A DNA stretch of 64,000 bases from IMG/VR virus record IMGVR_UViG_3300046516_001816, positions 62,001 through 126,000 of that record, one strand, 5' to 3'. This document shows positions 26,505 through 34,376 of the stretch, piece after piece. The notes below the pieces were generated by a model. The model saw nothing but the letters and a program-made list of their open reading frames with translations, was not told where the DNA came from and made no database searches. Numbering within the stretch: position 1 is the first letter of the stretch; each line of letters begins with the position of its first letter. A program made the position numbers and the translations under genes.

Positions 26505-28073
26505 ATGGCAGAGCTCTTAATCAAACAGCGATCTCACCACTATGTGTGCTTACCGACGACACCTCTGGCGCGTGAGGTTGTAACGTCTTTTGGTAAGCGC
26601 TTTGTGCATTTTAAACCTGGCCGGTCGGTTAATCCCCGATTCGCCCATCTTCAGCCCCCGCCTAAGCGGTTCGCCTCGGGGTGCACCAAGAAGAATGAGT
26701 TTCGGTTTCATGCGAACACGCTGGCTGACTTTAAACGTCATCTGGAGATGTATCGGGTGGGGCCGAACTTCGCGCAGTTTGAAGAGATTTATCTTCCGGC
26801 TGCCGTGGAAGTCGATCTGCCGGTGCGTGAGTGCAAGCTCGGCACCGACGACAAGATCGAACTCAGGGAGGATGAAAACAACAAGCAGGTCTCCGCTGTC
26901 GAGTATATGACCACGGGTGTACCGCCTGTGACCAAACTCGTTGGCTTGCAAACTGGTAAGGGCAAAGGCATCGTCACGATGTTCTCTCTGTCCCGCATCG
27001 GGCTGCGGCCGCTGGTTGTTGTGCTGCCACGGTATGTCGAGAAGTGGTGCGACGAACTCGTGGAGATTCTGGATATCGACCGCAGTGAGATCATGGTCAT
27101 ACGCAGTGGGAAACATCTGCAAGCGTTGACGGTGATGGCTGCGGCCGGTGAGTTGGAGTCCAAGATCGTGGTGATGGCCAATACCATCTATCGGGACTGG
27201 ATCAAGCTGTATAAGCAGCTCGGCGATGAAACGCTGGACGTGGGCTATTCGTGTTTGCCGGATGAATTGATGGCGAATCTGGGTGCCGGCGTACGCGTGA
27301 TTGACGAGGTGCATCAAGAGTTCCACCAGTGCTTTACGCTGGACCTGTATACAAACTGCATGTACTCGTGGGCCATGTCGGCAACGCTAGAGACGAAGGA
27401 TCCCTTCCTCATGCGCATGTACGACCTGGCCTACCCCGTGCAGGATCGCTTCAAAGGCCCGGCCTACGACAAATACGTCAACTACACCGCGTGGACGTAT
27501 CGCTTTAATGATCCGGACAAAATCCGGTACACCGAGCGGGGATCGACGAGTTACTCGCACAACGTGTTCGAGGAATCTGTCATCAAGCAGCCGAGGGTTC
27601 TGGCCAACTATCTGGATATGCTGAACGTGAATATCCAGGCGAAGTATTTGAGGAACTACGAACCCGGCGAGAAGTTGATTGTCTTCGCTGCCTCCATCGA
27701 GATGTGTACGATCATGACGGAGTACTTGAAACATAAGTATCCTGAAATGGATGTACGTCGCTATGTGGGGGAAGATCCTCGAGAGAACCTCTTCGTGCCC
27801 GACATTCGTGTCAGTACGATTGGGTCCGCTGGTACCGCGCATGATATTCCCAACCTGACTACGGTGATTCTGACGACCGCTATTAATAGCATCGCCGCGA
27901 ATCTCCAAGCGTTTGGTCGCCTGCGTAAGCTCAAATCGGGTAAGACACCCGAGGCGGTGTATTGGACGAACGCAGACAATGAGAAGCATCTGGTGTATCA
28001 CGAAGATAAGGTGCGACTGCTCGATGGGCGGGCGCTGCACCTGATCATGGTACCGGCGCCGCAGTTGGTGTAA
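26505..28073 (+). CDS. Superfamily 2 (UvsW-like) helicase, phiKZ gp75-like
   Basis: QTGKGKG, IDEVH, SAT, QAFGRLR motifs. Confidence 0.88.
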   Translation: MAELLIKQRSHHYVCLPTTPLAREVVTSFGKRFVHFKPGRSVNPRFAHLQPPPKRFASGCTKKNEFRFHANTLADFKRHLEMYRVGPNFAQFEEIYLPAAVEVDLPVRECKLGTDDKIELREDENNKQVSAVEYMTTGVPPVTKLVGLQTGKGKGIVTMFSLSRIGLRPLVVVLPRYVEKWCDELVEILDIDRSEIMVIRSGKHLQALTVMAAAGELESKIVVMANTIYRDWIKLYKQLGDETLDVGYSCLPDELMANLGAGVRVIDEVHQEFHQCFTLDLYTNCMYSWAMSATLETKDPFLMRMYDLAYPVQDRFKGPAYDKYVNYTAWTYRFNDPDKIRYTERGSTSYSHNVFEESVIKQPRVLANYLDMLNVNIQAKYLRNYEPGEKLIVFAASIEMCTIMTEYLKHKYPEMDVRRYVGEDPRENLFVPDIRVSTIGSAGTAHDIPNLTTVILTTAINSIAANLQAFGRLRKLKSGKTPEAVYWTNADNEKHLVYHEDKVRLLDGRALHLIMVPAPQLV

Positions 28074-28260
28074 CGTGGGTGTAGGACGGGGTACGGGGGT
28101 ACCCCGGTAGGACGGCAGTAGAGGAAAGAATTTTATATTTATAAAGATTATAACTCGACCATCAAGCCAGCGGATAGGGCTTGGTAGCAGAACAGGTCTT
28201 TTTAGGACAGGAAACTTGAACTCTTCTTAAACTTTAAAACTTCAATGAAGGACGGTACAA

Positions 28261-28713
28261 ATGAACCAGGTAGTGATTAACCGCGTTACGCCCATCGGAA
28301 CAGCTGTCGCAGAAATGCTGTACATGATGATTCATACCGGCGAAGCACTTCGTGGCAACACGACGATCACCCAGCATGCTGAACAATCCGTGCGCATCAC
28401 TCGCTTTAAGATGTGCCTGAATGAGCAGTCTGGCCATTCCAAGCACTACGGCTGTCGTAACGCGTGGGTGTGCGAAACTGACGACGCTCAGTTTCGTTTG
28501 TATCTGACGGATTACGAAGACACTATCGAGTTGTTCAAAACGCATGAAAGTTTCGAGCAAGGGCTGGAGCGCATCGCGCACTACAGCTACTCGCTGCCCG
28601 AGATCTATCAGGCGTGCTTGGATATCTCGTCCTTTCTTCGGGACGAGACGCTACCGGTGCGCAGTGCGGGGTTTGCTGAACAACCTCGCTTTCGCGCCCG
28701 CATCGCGGCTTAA
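28261..28713 (+). CDS. Hypothetical protein
   Basis: 150 aa, SD GAAGGA, followed by terminator. Confidence 0.7.
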   Translation: MNQVVINRVTPIGTAVAEMLYMMIHTGEALRGNTTITQHAEQSVRITRFKMCLNEQSGHSKHYGCRNAWVCETDDAQFRLYLTDYEDTIELFKTHESFEQGLERIAHYSYSLPEIYQACLDISSFLRDETLPVRSAGFAEQPRFRARIAA

Positions 28714-28736
28714 GGTGTAGGGGAAAGAAGGTCAGT

Positions 28737-28800
28737 CATATTTGCCAGGCAGGGGTGCTTCCCTTGCCTGGCTTCTATGCCATCGACCTTCTTTTTTTGC
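28737..28800 (+). terminator. Terminator
   Basis: GCCAGGCAGGGG/CCCTTGCCTGGC, CATA...TATGCC flanks, T tracts. Confidence 0.75.
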
Positions 28801-28830
28801 CCTTTTTGCCCAATGAAAATAATCTCAGCA

Positions 28831-28839
28831 ATATATAAT
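28831..28839 (+). promoter_or_regulatory. Putative early promoter variant ATATATAAT
   Basis: CTCAGCA-ATATATAAT-CGCCA-TG. Confidence 0.5.
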
Positions 28840-28868
28840 CGCCATGAACCCTACTCTAGGAGTGAATC

Positions 28869-29219
28869 ATGGAACAAGACAAAGGCGGTTATCTGTACCC
28901 GTTTGGTCGTTTGGAGCGAAGCAGCCTGGAAGTAGATCGACTGTTCCATACGGACGAACCCGTCACCAAACTGCTGGAACGTTTGGACCGGATCCAAGGT
29001 TACCTCAATCGCTTGATCAAGATGGGTAACGACGGTAGCCGATCCTTGCAGGCGGACTCGGATCTGATCAAGGAAATTCACGATTTGATCGTAGCTCGGG
29101 CCCGGGCGCTGGTGCCGGTGGAAGAAAAGCTGGCGAGCATTCACCCCAGTTTGAAACAGTTGATGACCACGCGGCTGGGTATTTGGGACTGTGATGTGAA
29201 AGGAGACTACAATGTTTAA
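28869..29219 (+). CDS. Hypothetical coiled-coil protein
   Basis: 116 aa, SD AGGAG. Confidence 0.7.
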   Translation: MEQDKGGYLYPFGRLERSSLEVDRLFHTDEPVTKLLERLDRIQGYLNRLIKMGNDGSRSLQADSDLIKEIHDLIVARARALVPVEEKLASIHPSLKQLMTTRLGIWDCDVKGDYNV

Positions 29220-29553
29220 TTTGCCGGGTCGGTTGTTGCGTTTGCCGCAAGGGGCGATGTGTGAGAGCGAGGGTCACGCGAATGTGCCTGCCACGCACTG
29301 TATTCAAGGGGAGACGGATAGCTTCGGTTACGAAGAAATCTGTAAGTGCACCCCCTGTTACGAGCAGTATCGTGCGAAAGCCGATGAACCGCAGGATGGC
29401 TACTGTGAGTTTCACAAAGGCGAGGGCACTGATATCCGACCGTTCCGGGATATCGATGAGGGTTTCAGTGGTCCGGTCTACGACGTGTGTCAGTCGTGCC
29501 GCAGGGCGGCGAACAAACGCGTCCAAGAAGAGCTGGACGAATACGGTGACTAA
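29212..29553 (+). CDS. Cys-rich putative zinc-binding protein
   Basis: C/H clusters: CESEGH...HC, CKCTPC, CEFH, CQSC; SD AGGAG. Confidence 0.7.
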   Translation: MFNLPGRLLRLPQGAMCESEGHANVPATHCIQGETDSFGYEEICKCTPCYEQYRAKADEPQDGYCEFHKGEGTDIRPFRDIDEGFSGPVYDVCQSCRRAANKRVQEELDEYGD

Positions 29554-29566
29554 TTAGGAGACAGGT

Positions 29567-29959
29567 ATGAACTTGAAGGATATGATGGAAGCCGCCGACG
29601 TGATCAAAGCCGTGATCACCAAAGTGCGGAATCACCCCGATTTTATCGCGACGGTGATCAAGCGTGGCGCTCCCAATCCCAGGACGGGGGCGTATTTGTT
29701 GACGATGTCCTCGGACGGCTGGGAAGACCGTGCCTGGCTCTACAGTGATCTGCAAGCGGAAGTTGACGCGGTGCCAGCACTACTGGAAACGTTAGTCTTT
29801 CCGATGAGCAATGAGGAAAACCTGATGGTATCGCTCGATGCCATCCGGATTCTCAAAGCGCATGGCGTCACGGTGGTCGTGGATATTGATACGGATAGTC
29901 CCCGTCCGTTTGTCGCGTTGGGTGTGTTTGATGTGAGCAAGACCCGGTTGTCTTTCTAA
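29567..29959 (+). CDS. Hypothetical protein
   Basis: 130 aa, SD AGGAG. Confidence 0.7.
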   Translation: MNLKDMMEAADVIKAVITKVRNHPDFIATVIKRGAPNPRTGAYLLTMSSDGWEDRAWLYSDLQAEVDAVPALLETLVFPMSNEENLMVSLDAIRILKAHGVTVVVDIDTDSPRPFVALGVFDVSKTRLSF

Positions 29960-29966
29960 TCCTGAT

Positions 29967-29985
29967 AATAACTACTCTAAACCAA
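29967..29985 (+). repeat. 19-nt intergenic repeat, copy 1 (AATAACTACTCTAAACCAA)
   Basis: Identical to 32967-32985; directly upstream of an SD. Confidence 0.85.
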
Positions 29986-29996
29986 ATCAAGGACCG

Positions 29997-30326
29997 ATGA
30001 TGAAAACGTATACTCCGCCGCGCTTTAGTGAAAAGCAACGCATCATTCTCGAGATGCTCGCCGCTGAGCCGATCGAGTCGGAAATGGATTACAACGCCGC
30101 CCGTGCGTATTTCATTGCCATTTCGCTAGCCAAGACTCAGCAGACCAATGAACTGGGTGGGTTCTGGGATTTGATGGACATGCAGTTGATGCTGGCCGTG
30201 GGCAAGCGCCTGGCCCTGTATCGCGGGGTGCCTGAAGCCGTGCGCGGTGGCATCAGTGCCGCGCTGTATCAGGTCGGAGAAATCCATCCGGCCTTAGCCA
30301 CGGTGAAGTCGGAGTTTCTCGAGTAA
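29997..30326 (+). CDS. Hypothetical protein, paralog family A member 1
   Basis: 109 aa; aligns by eye with 30391 and 32623 ORFs. Confidence 0.7.
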   Translation: MMKTYTPPRFSEKQRIILEMLAAEPIESEMDYNAARAYFIAISLAKTQQTNELGGFWDLMDMQLMLAVGKRLALYRGVPEAVRGGISAALYQVGEIHPALATVKSEFLE

Positions 30327-30390
30327 AAATCTATCCCGCTCCCTATTAGTATAGGACGATCAGTCCGTACAACAAAAAAGGGAGCGGTTG

Positions 30391-30687
30391 ATGGAACGAC
30401 TACGAATGTCCGACGACCAGCGACGGGTTCTGGCGATGTTCATCGATTATCCGCCCACCGATCGCTTGGGGTTGCAGTGCGCCCTGGAGTACCTGTACGT
30501 CATCAATGACTACATGCGCGACACGCTCGCCGAAGGGTACTTCTGGGAACAGAAAGATGTCGATTTGATGTCAACGATGTCCAAGGTGTTACGCAAGTCC
30601 GCCGTGGCATTTATTGAAGATAAAGTATTCTGGGCACGGTTGGAAACACAACTGGCCCAAGTCCATCCGGAGCTTCGGCCCCGATAA
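30391..30687 (+). CDS. Hypothetical protein, paralog family A member 2
   Basis: SD GGGAG; shared SxxQRxxLxM...P...AxxY...FW...DxxLM pattern. Confidence 0.7.
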   Translation: MERLRMSDDQRRVLAMFIDYPPTDRLGLQCALEYLYVINDYMRDTLAEGYFWEQKDVDLMSTMSKVLRKSAVAFIEDKVFWARLETQLAQVHPELRPR

Positions 30688-30701
30688 AACTATAAACCGT
30701 A

Positions 30702-30738
30702 GGCAGAATGGGGAGAGCACCGGCTCTCCCTCTATGCC
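30702..30738 (+). terminator. Hairpin terminator-like element
   Basis: GGGGAGAGC-ACCG-GCTCTCCCT followed by TATGCC; no U tract. Confidence 0.55.
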
Positions 30739-30766
30739 GTCTACTAAACTAAACCAAGGAAACAAA

Positions 30767-31258
30767 ATGAATAAGCTCTATGAGAAACTGGCAGTCGCGA
30801 TCCTTAACAAATACATTCCCCCGCCTCCGCCAGCACCCAAACCCGTGGATGTCGCGAATGCTCCACGCGACGCCAAAGGGCGTGTGATGGCGATTCGTGC
30901 CTACGGTGAAAGTGAACTCCGTGGTCCGGATCTCTCCCCGCTGATGCCGGCGTCCTTTGTCCAGCGCACTTTCCTCTACGGTTCGCACCACCAACGCGTG
31001 GCCATGAAGCGAGCCTTGGAGTTGTCGGCCAAGAATTTCTATTTGCTGCGTTCTCTATACTTCATGGACGGTGCGTGTCCGTTCGTGTATTACTCGGCAG
31101 AACTGGCGGCGGTGCGTGGTCAGCGTGACGCCACCAAGCTGCGCAAGAAAAAGGAACGCAAGCAGTTCCGCATTGCATTTCAAACGGGTAAGCCGTTGCC
31201 CCAGAAGCGCGACCTTCGTGATTTCAATTACATGCATTTCCTTACAAACCAATCATGA
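30767..31258 (+). CDS. Hypothetical basic protein
   Basis: ATG 30767 after AACTAAACCAAGGAAACA; in frame with track ORF 30614. Confidence 0.7.
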   Translation: MNKLYEKLAVAILNKYIPPPPPAPKPVDVANAPRDAKGRVMAIRAYGESELRGPDLSPLMPASFVQRTFLYGSHHQRVAMKRALELSAKNFYLLRSLYFMDGACPFVYYSAELAAVRGQRDATKLRKKKERKQFRIAFQTGKPLPQKRDLRDFNYMHFLTNQS

Positions 31259-31836
31259 ACAAAATCGAACAACGCTCAGCCGATTCCCTCCAAGGGTTAT
31301 CCTACATCGAACAGGACATGCGGCTAAAGGATGCGGCGTGGACGGAGTTTCTCGATCAGCTCTTTTCGGATACGGCCAAGAAGTTGCCGTTTACCAAAGA
31401 GAACGTACAGGCCTTGCGTTTTATCACGCACATCACCCCGGGCTTCGAGAACCAAGCCGTGTGTCAGACGCGTAAGATCGCCTCGTATCTGAACACGGTC
31501 AAGTTGCCTGGAACGATCCTCGCGTTTCTGGTGTGCGGCGTAGTGCCGTCGGACGTCGCACCCTCGGTAGCCACGTCTTTCAAGTTGTTCACGGGTGAGC
31601 TCGTCACGCCCGCGCATCCGCAAGTCCGGGATGCCTTCTGGGTGATGCGGCGCTGGCACCGCGCCGAAGAGAATACGGGCCTGGTGGACTGGGTTGAGTT
31701 CTTTGCCTGGTGTCAAGAGAACGACATCGACACGAACTACTTGCGCTATATGTGCGAGCTCACCGCAACCGGTCAGAAGCATGTGTTTGGGGATCTACCC
31801 CTAAAGGAGCTGGTGAAATATGGCCACCACTTCTGA
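31255..31836 (+). CDS. Hypothetical protein
   Basis: 193 aa, ATGA coupling. Confidence 0.7.
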   Translation: MNKIEQRSADSLQGLSYIEQDMRLKDAAWTEFLDQLFSDTAKKLPFTKENVQALRFITHITPGFENQAVCQTRKIASYLNTVKLPGTILAFLVCGVVPSDVAPSVATSFKLFTGELVTPAHPQVRDAFWVMRRWHRAEENTGLVDWVEFFAWCQENDIDTNYLRYMCELTATGQKHVFGDLPLKELVKYGHHF

Positions 31837-32251
31837 GGAGCGTAAGATCCGCGCAGCACTGATGGCGAGCGACATGAAAGAGCTGACCCAGAAGCATCCG
31901 AAGCTCGTCGAACAGCTGATGAGCGCAGGCTACAAGGTGCGCTTGTGTCGGGACTCCTGGGTGTATGCGAAAGCCGGCCGGGTGTTACACGAGCACACCG
32001 CGTTTCAAAAGCAGGTGATCACGGAGCATAAAGGCTGGAAGCATCACTACGACATCTCTTGTGTGATTATCGACCCGTGCGATATTTTCAATCCAGCCGA
32101 CGTCGGGGTGAGTTTTGTAGTGTCCTACGGGATGGGGAGGGCTACGATGTGTACGTTGGAAAAAGCCTACTCCCATCCTAACATCCCGCTCGAGCAAATC
32201 GAGCAAATGTTCCATCGCGTGTTTGAAGCCACGCAACTTTTAGGAGAGTAG
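31820..32251 (+). CDS. Hypothetical protein
   Basis: 143 aa, SD AAGGAG. Confidence 0.7.
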   Translation: MATTSEERKIRAALMASDMKELTQKHPKLVEQLMSAGYKVRLCRDSWVYAKAGRVLHEHTAFQKQVITEHKGWKHHYDISCVIIDPCDIFNPADVGVSFVVSYGMGRATMCTLEKAYSHPNIPLEQIEQMFHRVFEATQLLGE

Positions 32252-32255
32252 TAAG

Positions 32256-32549
32256 ATGCAAGGCACGAAGACCATCATGGGTATCGGCAAGAGCAGCGTC
32301 CTAAAGGCACTCACCGAGCTCCAGTCGGAGACACGCAGCCCCCTCACCGCTGAAGAACGTGCGCTGTTGGACACGGACTTCGCGTTGGACGCTGACATGC
32401 TCGACGACAAGTACAACCCGAATGGCGATGGTCAGCACCCGGTCTTCTTACGAGAACATTGGCGGGGTCATGTTGCACAGCAGAACACTCTTGCCGGGTA
32501 TTGGCAATGGGTGGAACACAGTCTGAATAAGTATCACGAAATCGCGTAA
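32256..32549 (+). CDS. Hypothetical protein, paralog family B member 1
   Basis: SD AGGAG; motif KY...GxHPVxxRxxW...YxxWV shared with 33185. Confidence 0.7.
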   Translation: MQGTKTIMGIGKSSVLKALTELQSETRSPLTAEERALLDTDFALDADMLDDKYNPNGDGQHPVFLREHWRGHVAQQNTLAGYWQWVEHSLNKYHEIA

Positions 32550-32558
32550 GGGTGTAGC

Positions 32559-32588
32559 GGCCTGGGAGCAATCCCAGGCCAGTATGCC
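32559..32588 (+). terminator. Hairpin terminator-like element
   Basis: GGCCTGGGA-GCAA-TCCCAGGCC then AGTATGCC. Confidence 0.55.
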
Positions 32589-32622
32589 CTTATTCTAACC
32601 TATCCCAACCAAGGAAACTATC

Positions 32623-32919
32623 ATGCCGCAAGTTCTGTCGGAAACCCGTTTACATTTGATCAAGATGATGATCCAGCATCCTCCCCTGTCCAAGGAAGCC
32701 CTGCATGCTGCGTTCTGTGCCTACCAGACCTCGGTGGAAGAAGTGCAGCAGGCGTTGGCCGCTGGCGTATCGGAGGAGGCGCTCAACGAAGAAATGGAAG
32801 CTCTGGCTGAACTCTTCCAGGTGCTGATCCCGCACATTGAGTTGTACGGTCTCGCCATGTTGATGGGTGTTTACAAGCCGGGGACGTTCTCGGTGGAAGG
32901 CAATACCACGCTTCACTAA
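32623..32919 (+). CDS. Hypothetical protein, distant paralog family A member 3
   Basis: SD AACCAAGGAAA; LSETRLHLIKMMIQHPP...AxxxY pattern. Confidence 0.68.
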   Translation: MPQVLSETRLHLIKMMIQHPPLSKEALHAAFCAYQTSVEEVQQALAAGVSEEALNEEMEALAELFQVLIPHIELYGLAMLMGVYKPGTFSVEGNTTLH

Positions 32920-32937
32920 CGAAAAAGATCTCAGCCC

Positions 32938-32945
32938 TATATAAC
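32938..32945 (+). promoter_or_regulatory. Putative early promoter variant TATATAAC
   Basis: CTCAGCCC-TATATAAC-CGCTG-TG. Confidence 0.5.
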
Positions 32946-32966
32946 CGCTGTGATCTAAGTAAGATC

Positions 32967-32985
32967 AATAACTACTCTAAACCAA
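32967..32985 (+). repeat. 19-nt intergenic repeat, copy 2
   Basis: Identical to 29967-29985. Confidence 0.85.
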
Positions 32986-33000
32986 GTAAGGAGCTTTACC

Positions 33001-33174
33001 ATGAACGATTTCGCTATCAAGAACTACGCATCGAAGAAGAACGGTAACAAGGCTACGATCCGTGGCTTTCTGATCACCTTGATGTTTATCGCTGGTGGTC
33101 TGTCGATCGTCATCGCCGACCACGTTGGTCACACCCTGCAACAAGAACGCGCCGTCGACGTCGCGGCTCGCTAA
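33001..33174 (+). CDS. Small single-pass membrane protein (57 aa), absent from the ORF track
   Basis: MNDFAIKNYASKKNGNKATIRGFLITLMFIAGGLSIVIADHVGHTLQQERAVDVAAR; SD TAAGGAG. Confidence 0.72.
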   Translation: MNDFAIKNYASKKNGNKATIRGFLITLMFIAGGLSIVIADHVGHTLQQERAVDVAAR

Positions 33175-33184
33175 GGAGTTTAAG

Positions 33185-33445
33185 ATGCCCACATTGAATG
33201 GGAAAGAGCTAACCGAGAAGCAACGGGTGCAGCTCCTGGCTGATCATAAGCTCGGTGGTGCGGGCGTCCTGAAGAAGTACAAGACGGACCAAGGCGGCGA
33301 GCATCCAGTTCTCACCCGAGCGGCTTGGGAAGAGAATTACCAACGGATGCCGAAGGACAACCCGTTCCGATATAAGCGACCGTATCCCGAATGGGTGTGG
33401 GTGCGTATCGCTTTTGTGGCTAACGCGATTCTGCAAAACGACTAG
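33185..33445 (+). CDS. Hypothetical protein, paralog family B member 2
   Basis: ATG 33185 after TAAGGAG; GGEHPVLTRAAW...YPEWV. Confidence 0.7.
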   Translation: MPTLNGKELTEKQRVQLLADHKLGGAGVLKKYKTDQGGEHPVLTRAAWEENYQRMPKDNPFRYKRPYPEWVWVRIAFVANAILQND

Positions 33446-33447
33446 AC

Positions 33448-33497
33448 GGCATAAGGGGAGGGCGCGAGCCCTCCCTCTATGACGTTACTTCTTTTTT
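33448..33497. terminator. Bidirectional terminator between convergent genes
   Basis: GGCATA-AGGGGAGGGC-GCGA-GCCCTCCCTC-TATGAC, T tract. Confidence 0.75.
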
Positions 33498-33949
33498 TGG
33501 TTCTTTTCCGGGGACAAACAGATATGAACCGGAATCGGGAGCGGATCCAGATGCTGCATGATCAAGGGATAGACGTATTCCCAACGCAGCCCGCCTTCGC
33601 CACAACCGATCATGGGCATCGCCAAGGAGGTGATACCCAGTTCTTCGTAGCGCTGCGCCAGCCGCGTGAGTCCGCTTTCAATCAATTCCAGTGGAGAGGG
33701 ACGTCGCCAGTGATACTTGGTGGCAAAGAGCAACGTGTACTGACCATTGCCCACGCCCACCATGGAGAGACCTTGATAGTCAAACACGTGGTTCTTACAG
33801 GCAATCTGATACGCCTGATCCAACCCCGGGTAACGGAGCTTAAAGGCTTTCGCCAGTCCTTTCCCCATCGTGCCCACCATATTCACCGGACACACCAGCG
33901 TCTGCGCTGGCGCCGTAAAGATGTCCCGCACCTCCACTGTCTTGATCAT
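33485..33949 (-). CDS. Macrodomain (ADP-ribose processing, DarG-N-like) protein
   Basis: DIFTAPAQTLVCPVNMVGTMGKGLAKAFK, FATKYHWR, SLAMPMIGCGEGGL macrodomain signatures. Confidence 0.88.
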   Translation of the reverse strand: MIKTVEVRDIFTAPAQTLVCPVNMVGTMGKGLAKAFKLRYPGLDQAYQIACKNHVFDYQGLSMVGVGNGQYTLLFATKYHWRRPSPLELIESGLTRLAQRYEELGITSLAMPMIGCGEGGLRWEYVYPLIMQHLDPLPIPVHICLSPEKNQKKK

Positions 33950-34320
33950 TGATCCTCTCCATTCATGCGTTCCACTTCTGCCTGTATGTCGGCCGCTACC
34001 CGAGACGTCTTGGCCTGTTCCTTGGCTGAGAATTCCAGCAGGTAGGTCAGGATGTCCGTGGGCAGCTCCAGGAACTCCACCAGATTCAGTCCCCAGTACT
34101 TCTTGACTTCGCGCTCATGATACTGCCTGATGCGCTCGTATTGCAGCCCGCCCGAACCAATGTCCTCGGCCTCTCGCATGGCGACCAGAGAGAGCGCATC
34201 TGCCTCAGTCTCGTGCGAGTGGTCGTGGATGCCAAAGGTCGTTTCATACACGTCACGCAGCGCGATTTGCAAGTCCGATGAATTTATGATGGGAGAAGCT
34301 AAGTCCATCACGCGTTTCAA
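33946..34320 (-). CDS. Small conserved protein; candidate frameshift-extension (T/E-prime-like) segment
   Basis: No clear SD; YWGLNLVEFLELP motif; frame open back to the slippery site in the upstream gene. Confidence 0.65.
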   Translation of the reverse strand: MKRVMDLASPIINSSDLQIALRDVYETTFGIHDHSHETEADALSLVAMREAEDIGSGGLQYERIRQYHEREVKKYWGLNLVEFLELPTDILTYLLEFSAKEQAKTSRVAADIQAEVERMNGEDQ

Positions 34321-34376
34321 CGGATTGTCGTCCGCAATATGCGCGCCGAAGTCCGGCCGCGCGACGTGTACTAACG

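Noticed and set aside
29967-32985. Exact 3000-bp spacing of the 19-nt repeats, or a mobile element bounded by them
   Set aside because: Spacing is likely coincidental; no transposase, integrase or target-site duplication between them
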